Source of the DNA: a virus | Lineage: Duplodnaviria; Caudoviricetes | IMG/VR virus record: IMGVR_UViG_3300034993_000102 | Location: 1-44,141 of that record | Length of the DNA stretch: 44,141 nucleotides | Reading direction: 5' to 3' (one strand) | Shown here: piece by piece, positions 17,898-26,954 of the stretch | Position numbering within the stretch: the stretch's first letter is position 1 | Layout of the letters: every line of letters begins with the position of its first letter | The notes under the pieces: model-generated | Seen by the model: the letters and a program-made list of their open reading frames with translations, nothing else | The model's database searches: none | What the model was told of the DNA's origin: nothing | Program-made: the position numbers and the translations under genes

Positions 17898-20800
17898 ATG
17901 AAAACCTTTCTCTCCCGCCTCATCACGCACGCCCCGCGCGCGCTCGTGGGAATCGCCGTTCTCGCTGCGGTGTCATTACCCACGGGCGCGCTCGCCGTCA
18001 CCAACTCTGTCTCTTTTGATCTCGCGAACTACGGCGCCACATCGGTTTCTCGCAAGCTGGTCCGCATTGAACCCACGACGGACACCTTCCCGCGCGCGGA
18101 CGGAAACACGGTCATCGGCCGGGATTACGGGTTTGTTCGGACGGACGCGAACGGCAAGTTCACAAATTCGATGGTGACTGGGACATACAAGATCACCTTC
18201 ACGAACAACTTTGTGGCGAGCGTTTTTCAGATCACCGTTCCCGACACGAACTTTTCCGGGATTCTGACCGCAGCAGAGTTGACCAGCACGGGGACGAACC
18301 TGCCGAGCAACCTCGCCGGCTACTCCCAGACCGCGGCAAATAGCATGTTCGCCAAGCGCACGAATGCGTTCCAAATCATGCTCACGAACAGCGTGGCCAT
18401 GCACACGAATCGAGGGTTTACGAATATCGACTGGGTTTCAGGTGTGACGGGATTCGTGAGCGGAGCAACAATCAAGCTGGGCGTGGATGTTGCTGCGGCT
18501 GGCGGTATCAGCGCGGCCACGGCGACAAACATCGTCAACGCGAACGCCATCGCGATTCAATCGGGAAACGGCAACGCCACCACGCTAACGAATGCAACGC
18601 TGCGCGCCAACGCGACGAACGATCCGCTGATTGTGCGCGACGCCTCGGGGAGGGCCATCCTTAGCTTCGGAACCAACAACATCCTTTGGCTTGGGACAAA
18701 CGGCAGTTTCGACAGCCAAACCGCCGTGCTGCTTTTGTTCCCGCTCGCTGGCGGCTCGAACCAGATCGGGATTCCGTTCACGAACGGCGCGCAATACGGG
18801 ATTCGCCAGCTCGGCACCTATCGCACCGAGACTGCGGGGAGCAACTACACGGACTCCACCTGGTCGCTCGGATGGAACCTTGAAGGGAAAAACAACACCG
18901 AGCCGATTGCCGGGCTGCAAATGGAGGCCGCTTATCGCAACAGCACGAACGACGCATTCCTTTGGGAAACGTTCTGGAGCGTCACCGGAACCAATCGCGC
19001 CTACTCGCAGCGACCGTGGGGCTTCACCGCCAACCGCTCGAACGGCGTCGCCTACACCATCAACCAATACAGCGAGAATCTTTCCATCTACGGCGGGACC
19101 AGCACCGAACCACGCCTTCAAATGACGAGTGGGAACTCCTGGTATTTCTGGAGCCCTGTTTTCGGAAGTAACGCGATCCTGTGCGTGGCGGGGGATGGCA
19201 AGGTTGCGCCCGTGACGATCACTTATCCGCTCGCGGCCAGGACCAATACCACGGTTGGCTTGCCGCTGGCCCTCGTCATCACGAATTTCTGGAACGACAA
19301 CCTGACGCTAACGGCGCCGAATGCGCAGGCGGGCGGGGACGATCTCGCGCTGCGGTTGCGCGCCGTTGGAAACGGCTATTCGCTGGACTGGGTAGCAAAC
19401 TATTACAACGACGCGATCATCGAGAGCTACCGATGGCTGCTGCACCAGACTAACAGCGGGAACGCTTACAGCAACGTCATGGTAATTGACCGGGGGCGGG
19501 TGGGGATAAATCTCCCGCTGGTTGCAGCGGGCATCACGCCCACAAACGGCTTCGACGTGAACGCGCACTCAGGTTTTCGTAGCAATGTTTGGATGCATGG
19601 ACTCAAAACAAACGCCTCGGTGGTTTCATACGTCGGGAAAACCACGGGTGGGGAATTGGTTGAAACGGCCGTCCCGGCTGCCTCAGGCGGAACCAATACC
19701 CTTTTCTCCACCAATGGCGTCACGCTTGGCTCTGCCGGGACAGTGAACTGGACTGCGGGCGTCACGGGATATCTCGCGGGTGCCATTGCCCATCTCGGCG
19801 TGAACGTCACGGGCAGCGGCGCGGCGGCGATTGGATGGCAGACAAACGGCGTGGACGCGGCCACCAACGCCAACGTGTTCGTAGTGTCAAACACCGCGAG
19901 CATTCTTTGGAACGCGCACTCGAACAACAGCGGGCGGGTGTCGTTCATCGCGGACGTGGCTACGGGCGTCACCAACGGACTGAATACCCGCGTCGGAAAT
20001 CTCGAGGGCGTCACCAATTCCTTCGTGACGCTCACCACCGCGCAGGACATCACAGGCAGCAAAAGCATAGGCTCGCTGACGAACAAGACGAACGCGACTC
20101 TGAGCGGGCAGTTCATCCGAACCGTGCAGCGCCTCGGCAACGGGACCGTGCCGGCCGCTTCAAATAATTTCGTCATCGTCACCAACGCGGATTTCACCCT
20201 CGACTTCGCCGGCACGCGCACCACGGGCGACCGCTTCGGACTGGCCATCTCGAACTACAACGAGAACACCGATATCACTGTCACCTGGCCCGGGAACGTT
20301 TACGACTCGACCGGCTACGTCGGCGCCTCCGTGCTCAAGAGTAACGCGGTTTATTCGTGGGAGTTTGAATATCTCACGAACGGCGGGAGCAACACGTTTT
20401 ACATGGTGCCGAAGGTTTATCCAACCTACTCGCTCGTTGCCGGCGTGGGCCTCGGCTTCGCGACGAACTATTACACGATCACGCTCACGAACACTGGAGC
20501 GGCGTTCCTCACCAACTGGGCAAACTCCATTTCCAACCTGGTGCAGACGAAGCAGTACGGGACCGCGGCCCTCAGCAACATCGCCAATATCACGAAAACC
20601 GCAGAGGTAGTGAGCGGCGCCGGGAACGGAAACACAAACTACCTGCTGACGCTCTCGACGAACGCGCTAAACGATTTCTACCTCGGCTCATCTAACGTCC
20701 ACATCTACACCGTGGGTGGCTCGACGCTCGGATCGCCGATTTTCTGGACGGCCTCTATCACGAACTTGAGCGCGATCAGTTGGGGGATCAATTTCAGCAG

Positions 20801-20945
20801 CCTGACGAACCGCTGGCGCTACTCGGGGATCTACGGGACAAACGCGCCTTCCGTGCTCACAAACGGGACTTGCCTGATGCTTGCGGGCCGCACCGACGGG
20901 ACGAATTGCACCGTGGGTTACACGTATTTTGCGCCCGGCTTATGA
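17898..20945 (+). CDS. Large signal-peptide-bearing, TN-rich tail fibre-like protein
   Basis: Basic N-region, hydrophobic core, ALA|V site; RTDANGKF..GTYKITF fibre N-terminal-like domain; VTLTTAQDITGSK fibre repeat; about 40 TN. Confidence 0.7.
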   Translation: MKTFLSRLITHAPRALVGIAVLAAVSLPTGALAVTNSVSFDLANYGATSVSRKLVRIEPTTDTFPRADGNTVIGRDYGFVRTDANGKFTNSMVTGTYKITFTNNFVASVFQITVPDTNFSGILTAAELTSTGTNLPSNLAGYSQTAANSMFAKRTNAFQIMLTNSVAMHTNRGFTNIDWVSGVTGFVSGATIKLGVDVAAAGGISAATATNIVNANAIAIQSGNGNATTLTNATLRANATNDPLIVRDASGRAILSFGTNNILWLGTNGSFDSQTAVLLLFPLAGGSNQIGIPFTNGAQYGIRQLGTYRTETAGSNYTDSTWSLGWNLEGKNNTEPIAGLQMEAAYRNSTNDAFLWETFWSVTGTNRAYSQRPWGFTANRSNGVAYTINQYSENLSIYGGTSTEPRLQMTSGNSWYFWSPVFGSNAILCVAGDGKVAPVTITYPLAARTNTTVGLPLALVITNFWNDNLTLTAPNAQAGGDDLALRLRAVGNGYSLDWVANYYNDAIIESYRWLLHQTNSGNAYSNVMVIDRGRVGINLPLVAAGITPTNGFDVNAHSGFRSNVWMHGLKTNASVVSYVGKTTGGELVETAVPAASGGTNTLFSTNGVTLGSAGTVNWTAGVTGYLAGAIAHLGVNVTGSGAAAIGWQTNGVDAATNANVFVVSNTASILWNAHSNNSGRVSFIADVATGVTNGLNTRVGNLEGVTNSFVTLTTAQDITGSKSIGSLTNKTNATLSGQFIRTVQRLGNGTVPAASNNFVIVTNADFTLDFAGTRTTGDRFGLAISNYNENTDITVTWPGNVYDSTGYVGASVLKSNAVYSWEFEYLTNGGSNTFYMVPKVYPTYSLVAGVGLGFATNYYTITLTNTGAAFLTNWANSISNLVQTKQYGTAALSNIANITKTAEVVSGAGNGNTNYLLTLSTNALNDFYLGSSNVHIYTVGGSTLGSPIFWTASITNLSAISWGINFSSLTNRWRYSGIYGTNAPSVLTNGTCLMLAGRTDGTNCTVGYTYFAPGL

Positions 20946-21511
20946 AGTGGATCGCATTTCTGATCGTGTTTTCTTGCACGGCTCAAAGCCTGCGCCAACC
21001 CGCCTACGTGGCGCAGCTACAGCGACCAGCGGCCGCCGCGGCTGGCACGGAATGGGTTACAGGCGTCACGGCTTTCGGCACCCCGAGCAACGTGTTCGAT
21101 CTTGAAATCGGTTGCCGGATTCAGATCGGCGCGTCCGATGTCGTGGTTACACATCTTGGGAGATGGGTGAAATCCGGCAACAGCCAAACTCACGTCATTC
21201 GCATTCAGGGGATCGATTGCAACACGCTCGCCAGCGCCACCGTGGATTGCAACGGGGCGGCGGCCGGCGCTTTCGTTTACGCCGCGCTGGCTAGTTCGTT
21301 CACGATGACGAACGGGGCGTATTATCACATCCTGTCTGCCGAATCCAACGGGGGGGATGATTGGTATTACGCCACCACGACGGTTTCCACGACGGGCGTT
21401 GAGGCGGCATTGAATCGCGCCTATGCAAGCCTTGGAGGCGCGGCGGGATGCACTGCTGAGGACGCAAATCAAATCTTTGGGCCGGTGAGCTTCAAGTATT
21501 CATCGCCGTGA
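20942..21511 (+). CDS. Exported beta-sandwich protein (DUF4082-like)
   Basis: MKWIAFLIVFSCTA signal-like start; VTHLGRW..GNSQTH...LASA pattern; start moved to ATG 20942. Confidence 0.6.
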   Translation: MKWIAFLIVFSCTAQSLRQPAYVAQLQRPAAAAAGTEWVTGVTAFGTPSNVFDLEIGCRIQIGASDVVVTHLGRWVKSGNSQTHVIRIQGIDCNTLASATVDCNGAAAGAFVYAALASSFTMTNGAYYHILSAESNGGDDWYYATTTVSTTGVEAALNRAYASLGGAAGCTAEDANQIFGPVSFKYSSP

Positions 21512-22140
21512 ATACGCCCCGCAATCGCATTCATCCACGCGACTTGCGCCGCGGGGCCAAGGTGCAGGCCGTCACCCTCGCAAGTGATAGGGCTGAGTTT
21601 CTTCTCGGAAATGCAATCGCCGGAAACGATGCGGCAACTCCCGCCGAGGCGCTCACGGATCAGCTTGTTGACCGGCGCGACATCAGCAAAGCGGTTCGGC
21701 AACAACTCGCACACGACGACGGGGACTTGAGCGGGGACAAAGGCGCGCAGGGCTTCGAGGTTAGCCACGATACTTTCAGGGCTGGCGCCTCGAACAAGGT
21801 CATTGATTCCGCTTTGCACGACCACGGCCCTTGCCGTTCGCAGAGATTGATAAGATCGGGCGCGGATCAAGAGTCGTCCGGTTGGCTCGCCGCCGATGCC
21901 GAGATTGAGCGCGGGCGATGCGATGCGGTTGACGGGCAGGGATTGGATCAGGCTGTCGCCTATGAACACCACGCAGCCGGCCTGAGCGGTTGCGTCCGCG
22001 CTGGCGTGCGCGCGCTCGATCCACTCCGGGCGCTTGCGTCCGCGCATCTCATCGAACACGCGATCCCAGTTCGCGTTTCGAGTGGCGTAGAGAAACGACA
22101 CAGCGAGGCAAACCAACAGGGAGGCAAGGATTTTCTTCAT
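21469..22140 (-). CDS. SGNH/GDSL hydrolase with N-terminal signal/anchor
   Basis: VFIGDSL, NLGIGG, SGIND, DGLH blocks; MKKILASLLVCLAV start with GAAGGA upstream. Confidence 0.9.
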   Translation of the reverse strand: MKKILASLLVCLAVSFLYATRNANWDRVFDEMRGRKRPEWIERAHASADATAQAGCVVFIGDSLIQSLPVNRIASPALNLGIGGEPTGRLLIRARSYQSLRTARAVVVQSGINDLVRGASPESIVANLEALRAFVPAQVPVVVCELLPNRFADVAPVNKLIRERLGGSCRIVSGDCISEKKLSPITCEGDGLHLGPAAQVAWMNAIAGRIHGDEYLKLTGPKI

Positions 22141-22226
22141 TGGTCCTTCGTGATGATGGCGTGGAGCATGACGAGGGCGACGCTGGAAAAGACGATGCCG
22201 TGGATGAGCCAGACAGTTGTTTGCAT
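22137..22226 (-). CDS. Small hydrophobic peptide, 29 aa (MQTTVWLIHGIVFSSVALVMLHAIITKDQ)
   Basis: ATGA-coupled to SGNH start; single TM-like stretch. Confidence 0.4.
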   Translation of the reverse strand: MQTTVWLIHGIVFSSVALVMLHAIITKDQ

Positions 22227-25200
22227 TCTCGGATTCTGCCTGATGAGCGCGCGGGGCGCAACGGTAATCGGTGACGAGGCCGCCCTTGTCAGCTTGCCGA
22301 ACCACGCGCAATACGGCCTGACGCCACACTTCAAGCCGGGAGATGGCGAGACGCCGGATTTCAACCCGCCCATCTTCAGCTTCAACGCGAGAACCAATTT
22401 CGCGACATCGGACTCGACGCTGGATTCGCAGGTTTACCAATATCAGTTGCAGGTTTTCCGTGAGACGCAGATGGACGTTTACACAAACGACGTTGTTTTC
22501 TACATGGGGGACTCTTACACGGCGGCTTACAACTGGTCGCAATACGTCACCAATTATCTGATGCTGAAGCCGCGCTGGCAGTTTCAAATGGCGGTTTCCG
22601 GTGACACCCTGGGGCGAGCTTACAGCAACCAGTGGCCGCTGGTGAAGGCGATGCTTGCAGCCACTAATTTCCCGGCTTTGCAGAATGGCAACGGGCGAAT
22701 CATTTTGGAGTTCCCGATTGGCGTGAATAAGAACTACGCTCCGTCCTACGTCAACCCGCCGGAGTATGAGTTCCGGGATTGGATCGCCACTTATTCAAAC
22801 ATCGTTTGGGAGGCAGGGCAGTCGAACATGCTCGTGGTGGGTTTCACAATTCCCGAAATCTTTGGTGACGCCACGGCGGGAACTTACGGCGCATCGACGA
22901 ACTACTGGCCGGACTATTGGCGAACCCCGATCAACAATTTTCTCCTGCACACACAGAAGCTGTGGCACGTCGTGGACATATTCAGTTTGTATCCGTGCGG
23001 CGTTCCGATTTGCCCCGGCACGGATGGCATTCACCCGGACGACTATCACCCCATCTCGACAAATGTGGTTTTCACGCTGCTCTACTCCAACGCGATCAAC
23101 GTGCGGACCACGAGCAACCTTGAGAACCGACACCGGCCTTTCGTCGGGAACGAATCGACCAACCTGAACCTTTATTGGCGCACGCTCTACATCGGAACGA
23201 ACGGATCAACGAACGCCGTCAGCGCGACGCGCACTTACGTCGTGGCCACCAACGCGACGAATTGGAATCGCTCCTTTCTCGCCGATGACAACTACCTGAC
23301 GAACAAGTTCTCCACCAACCTATTGATGTTCAGCGCGGCGACGCGCTCCAACGCCGCCTGGTTTCTCGGTACCAATGGCGGGGCAGACAAATGGCTGGCG
23401 CTCACGAATTGGGCAGCGACAGCGACCAACTCCGCGTGGTGGGTAGCAACAACGGCGTGGGACACCAACAACTTTTTGCTGAACAGCGAAGACCTCGGCA
23501 TCATGTCCGTGCTCCTGCTCTCGCAACTCAACACCAACACCGGCACATGGACGAACCGGCTCGCGGACAACATAGGGCGCTTTACCGTCTGGGCGCACGG
23601 CGCACCAGACAAGCTCATCTTCTACGACTGCAACGCTTGTTATCCGCTGACACAGCGGACGCTCGCGCTCTCCTACGTCTGGGGCCGGTCGCTACTCTCG
23701 ACGCTGCAACGCACGAACTTGCTGGCGGCACTGGAGAAGGTTTGCACGTTCATGGAGCAGGGAGGGGGCTTTTACAAATCAGAGCACCTTTACGTCGCGA
23801 CGAACGATTACACCTTCACATACGACAAGCCGGAAACCTCGCCCTGGTTCAACTCCCAGAAATACGGCGAGTCGCACATCTCGGCAATGTGGCACAACTG
23901 GAGCCTTGCGCCGCTCGCCATTTACGCGGATTCAACCGTGGGCCGGCGCGTGTTCGATCTGTGGGTGAACTACCTCATCGGACGCGGCTCGCCGTGGGTC
24001 AACAGCAGCCGGCACATGATGGGGCGGGGCTACGGCTTCGCCAACTTCGGCACGCCAGACGTTTACGGCAGTGCGATTTTCTACGCAGCGGCACTGCCTG
24101 AGGCGGGGCTGACAAATTCGCCGTGGATGAAGAACACCGTCGATTGGTTCAGCCGCATGATTCAGCCGGGCGCGCACGAGGTTAGCGGGGAATGGCAGGA
24201 CGGCGGACTGGGAGGCTCAAAGGAGCTTTACTGGGCAACGCCGACTTTCGGGCGCAACGCCGCGCTGCTGACCCGCGACGGCGTGGCGTGGCATCATTAC
24301 CAGAACCAGAACACGATTCAGGCGAACAGCGATAACGTTTGGCCGGACCTGATGATCGAGGCGTTTCCAATGTGGCCACCGGGAACGCCGGCCACCAACA
24401 CCGCGGCGCGGCTATTCATTGACGACGGAGCGGTTATTTCCACCACGATTGCGGCAAACCGAATCGACAGCTTCACGAATGGCGTGAGCGTGGTGTTCGA
24501 GGCGCGACCCTACGGCCCGGAAGGCAATCACTCGCTCAATTCCGACTTGGCGCTTCAGGTCATGGCCTACGGCGGACTGAGCACCGGCAACGGCTCGGAC
24601 GTGTGCTGTATCGGCGGCGGATTCGGCTTCAAGCCGTGGGCGAATAACGTACCGCTAATCAACGGCGCCGGCGCTTCGTTCCCTGACCGCGGCCACGCAG
24701 CGCAATCGTCCTACTCGCGCATCACCGCCTACACTAACTCCGACGATTTCACCTACTTCGTTGGCGACGCGCTCGGGACCGTCACGAACGGCACGAGCAG
24801 TATTTCCAACATCGTGACGGCCTACCGCAGGCGCGTCCTGCACATGCACCGCCCGGGCGAGCCGAGTTACATCGCCGTGCGCGACGAGATTCCGACCGGC
24901 TCGACGCTGACCACGAACCAGCTTGTTCACCACATCCAGGTCGCCGGGCTGACTAACCTGAGCACGAGTGGGTTTCGTTTTCCGTCCACGAACTACGCCG
25001 GCCAAACGATGAGCAATTATCTCGTTGTGGCGATGGTCAACGGGACCGTGAGCAACTTCACGGGCACGAACGTCCTCCGAAATGCCTTCACAAGCGTTTG
25101 GACGACGGACGGGGATTCAACGTTTCGGCGGGCCAACGCCGTTTGGTTCAACTCCACTAACAGCGTTTTCCATTGGCTGCTTTACCCGGTGCAGTCCGGC

Positions 25201-25368
25201 GCCTCGCAACCTTCGACGCTCACTGTCTCGACGGACGGCGCCTTTTCGGTCGTCAACGGCTCGCAGCGCGACTCCATCACATTTGCCGAAAGCAGCGTGA
25301 CGCTGGATTTGATCGTCACGTCAACCAACAACCCCGTGCGCTTCCGCGGCCTGAAATTCCGCCCATGA
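22204..25368 (+). CDS. Exported multidomain putative depolymerase: SGNH esterase plus heparinase II/III-like lyase fold
   Basis: PGDGE..FNPPIF N-terminal motif; YMGDSYT, AVSG, GVN, DGIHP (SGNH); PYGPEGNHS..., NNVPLING, YFVGDA, RRRV, YIAVRDE (heparinase II/III-like). Frame is open from 21508, so true start is uncertain. Confidence 0.7.
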   Translation: MSQTVVCILGFCLMSARGATVIGDEAALVSLPNHAQYGLTPHFKPGDGETPDFNPPIFSFNARTNFATSDSTLDSQVYQYQLQVFRETQMDVYTNDVVFYMGDSYTAAYNWSQYVTNYLMLKPRWQFQMAVSGDTLGRAYSNQWPLVKAMLAATNFPALQNGNGRIILEFPIGVNKNYAPSYVNPPEYEFRDWIATYSNIVWEAGQSNMLVVGFTIPEIFGDATAGTYGASTNYWPDYWRTPINNFLLHTQKLWHVVDIFSLYPCGVPICPGTDGIHPDDYHPISTNVVFTLLYSNAINVRTTSNLENRHRPFVGNESTNLNLYWRTLYIGTNGSTNAVSATRTYVVATNATNWNRSFLADDNYLTNKFSTNLLMFSAATRSNAAWFLGTNGGADKWLALTNWAATATNSAWWVATTAWDTNNFLLNSEDLGIMSVLLLSQLNTNTGTWTNRLADNIGRFTVWAHGAPDKLIFYDCNACYPLTQRTLALSYVWGRSLLSTLQRTNLLAALEKVCTFMEQGGGFYKSEHLYVATNDYTFTYDKPETSPWFNSQKYGESHISAMWHNWSLAPLAIYADSTVGRRVFDLWVNYLIGRGSPWVNSSRHMMGRGYGFANFGTPDVYGSAIFYAAALPEAGLTNSPWMKNTVDWFSRMIQPGAHEVSGEWQDGGLGGSKELYWATPTFGRNAALLTRDGVAWHHYQNQNTIQANSDNVWPDLMIEAFPMWPPGTPATNTAARLFIDDGAVISTTIAANRIDSFTNGVSVVFEARPYGPEGNHSLNSDLALQVMAYGGLSTGNGSDVCCIGGGFGFKPWANNVPLINGAGASFPDRGHAAQSSYSRITAYTNSDDFTYFVGDALGTVTNGTSSISNIVTAYRRRVLHMHRPGEPSYIAVRDEIPTGSTLTTNQLVHHIQVAGLTNLSTSGFRFPSTNYAGQTMSNYLVVAMVNGTVSNFTGTNVLRNAFTSVWTTDGDSTFRRANAVWFNSTNSVFHWLLYPVQSGASQPSTLTVSTDGAFSVVNGSQRDSITFAESSVTLDLIVTSTNNPVRFRGLKFRP

Positions 25369-25468
25369 AAACGCTCTTGCAAAAGGTCCGTGAATCCGTG
25401 CTGCGAATGCGCGCGGAGCGGCTCGCGCGAAAGAAAAATTTGGACATGCTCAAGAAAAGGAAAAGCGG

Positions 25469-25681
25469 ATGAGATCGAAGGAGCCGGTGCTCTGGAGCTG
25501 GCGCGGGATGCTGTCGGTTCTGATGCTTTACGTGGCGGCGGAAAACACGGCCATCCGAAAGGAACTCCGGGCCCTGAACGTTTCAGCCACCGCGAACGCC
25601 GTTCGCCTGGTGCGAATTGAGCGACTGTTGCAGATCGAACAAGTGAACACAGAAAAAGCCTATGGACTCATCCCTCATTGA
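25469..25681 (+). CDS. Small membrane/coiled-coil protein (lysis region)
   Basis: Hydrophobic stretch followed by heptad-like segment. Confidence 0.5.
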   Translation: MRSKEPVLWSWRGMLSVLMLYVAAENTAIRKELRALNVSATANAVRLVRIERLLQIEQVNTEKAYGLIPH

Positions 25682-25931
25682 CCTGATACCGGAAAAGTAT
25701 CGCACCTACCTGCTGCTGATTGTGGCGGTGTCTCCCTATATCACCCGCGCATTGCACGCCGTTATGAACGGGCGCGGCATCAAGGGCATTTTCAGCGCCA
25801 TCTGGCTAGGCACGAACACGCCAAACCCTGGATCGTCCAACCCGCAAAACAAGAATGGACCGCCTGACGCCGAAGAACCCACGCTGATAAAGGATCTCCG
25901 CAAGCTCGACGACCCGAAAAGGCTGCCATGA
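25662..25931 (+). CDS. Putative holin
   Basis: Small, hydrophobic/amphipathic N-half, charged C-tail, located after tail genes. Confidence 0.45.
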   Translation: MDSSLIDLIPEKYRTYLLLIVAVSPYITRALHAVMNGRGIKGIFSAIWLGTNTPNPGSSNPQNKNGPPDAEEPTLIKDLRKLDDPKRLP

Positions 25932-26041
25932 AAACCACTCTCATCCTTTGCCTTCTCGCGCTAATCTTGGCCGGCTGTTCAAGCGCAGACACGGTGGGCC
26001 ACGCATGGCCGCGGGCTTCGACGACATCAACGAATTTATGA
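25928..26041 (+). CDS. Small lipoprotein, 37 aa
   Basis: MKTTLILCLLALILAG|C canonical lipobox; ATGA-coupled both ends; not in ORF track. Confidence 0.7.
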   Translation: MKTTLILCLLALILAGCSSADTVGHAWPRASTTSTNL

Positions 26042-26382
26042 AAATCCAGATCGCAATCGCAACGGCCGCACTGAGCTGCGGGTTAGTCGGGTGCATCAAT
26101 CCCGTGCCGTCAACGAAGTTCAGCGGCACAATCGGAGGCCAGCCGTTCGAGTTCGAGGGCCATAAGCAAACCAGCGTGGAGAAGCTCGCGCTCGAACTCA
26201 ACCAGGGGACCAATCATTTCACGCTCTCAATCGGAAAGCTGAGTTCCGTCAACGACGAGCGGGTTATTTCCAAGGCCTACGCCGGGCAAGCCGCGGTGAT
26301 GAAAACCGCTTTCGACGGCGCGAACAATCTCGTCAGCAAGATGATCGAGGGCGGGGTGAAAGGCGCGAGCCCGGCGCCGTGA
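26038..26382 (+). CDS. Lipoprotein (possible spanin component)
   Basis: MKIQIAIATAALSCGLVG|C lipobox; start moved to ATG 26038. Confidence 0.65.
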   Translation: MKIQIAIATAALSCGLVGCINPVPSTKFSGTIGGQPFEFEGHKQTSVEKLALELNQGTNHFTLSIGKLSSVNDERVISKAYAGQAAVMKTAFDGANNLVSKMIEGGVKGASPAP

Positions 26383-26954
26383 AGCTAATCGGCATCTCAG
26401 GCAAGAAGCGCAGCGGGAAGGATACCGCAGCGGCAATCATCCAAGCCGCTTTCCCCGCCGGCATGGTCGCAACGCTGGCCTTCGCGCTCGCGCTGAAGCA
26501 GGAAGTTGCCATCGCCTGTGGGGTGACGATGCAATACATGGATGAGCACCGAGACGCCTTCCGCCCGATCTGGCAATGGTGGGGGACCGACTTCCGGCGC
26601 GACCTGTTCAGCGATCGTTATTGGCTGTCTCGCGCAGAGGAGCAGATCCAACTGAACGAACTAGCCGGCTTCGACTGCACCATCCTGACGGACGTTCGCT
26701 TCCCAAACGAGGCCGATTTAATACGGGACCGTGGGGGAATTTTGATCCGCATTGAAACCGGCCTTTACATGGACGCGCACCGCAGCGAAACGGAGTTGGA
26801 CGACTGGCCGTTCAATTACACGCTGCACAACGATTCGACCCTAGAGAAGTTCTCAGAAGATGTTCGTCGGCTCGCCAGCAGCCCCGTGGCGCAGTTCCTA
26901 GGGGCATATGTATGCAAACCTCAGGACTGTTCACCACTCATTCATTCGTCGTAA
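26379..26954 (+). CDS. Deoxynucleoside monophosphate kinase
   Basis: IGISGKKRSGKDT P-loop, WGTD, TDVRFPNE, H.SE. Confidence 0.9.
   Translation: MKLIGISGKKRSGKDTAAAIIQAAFPAGMVATLAFALALKQEVAIACGVTMQYMDEHRDAFRPIWQWWGTDFRRDLFSDRYWLSRAEEQIQLNELAGFDCTILTDVRFPNEADLIRDRGGILIRIETGLYMDAHRSETELDDWPFNYTLHNDSTLEKFSEDVRRLASSPVAQFLGAYVCKPQDCSPLIHSS

Noticed and set aside
21508-22203. Genuine folded N-terminal domain of the 1286-aa ORF
   Set aside because: Sequence is the codon-aligned antisense of the SGNH gene and reads like shadow translation; kept only as a possible read-through extension
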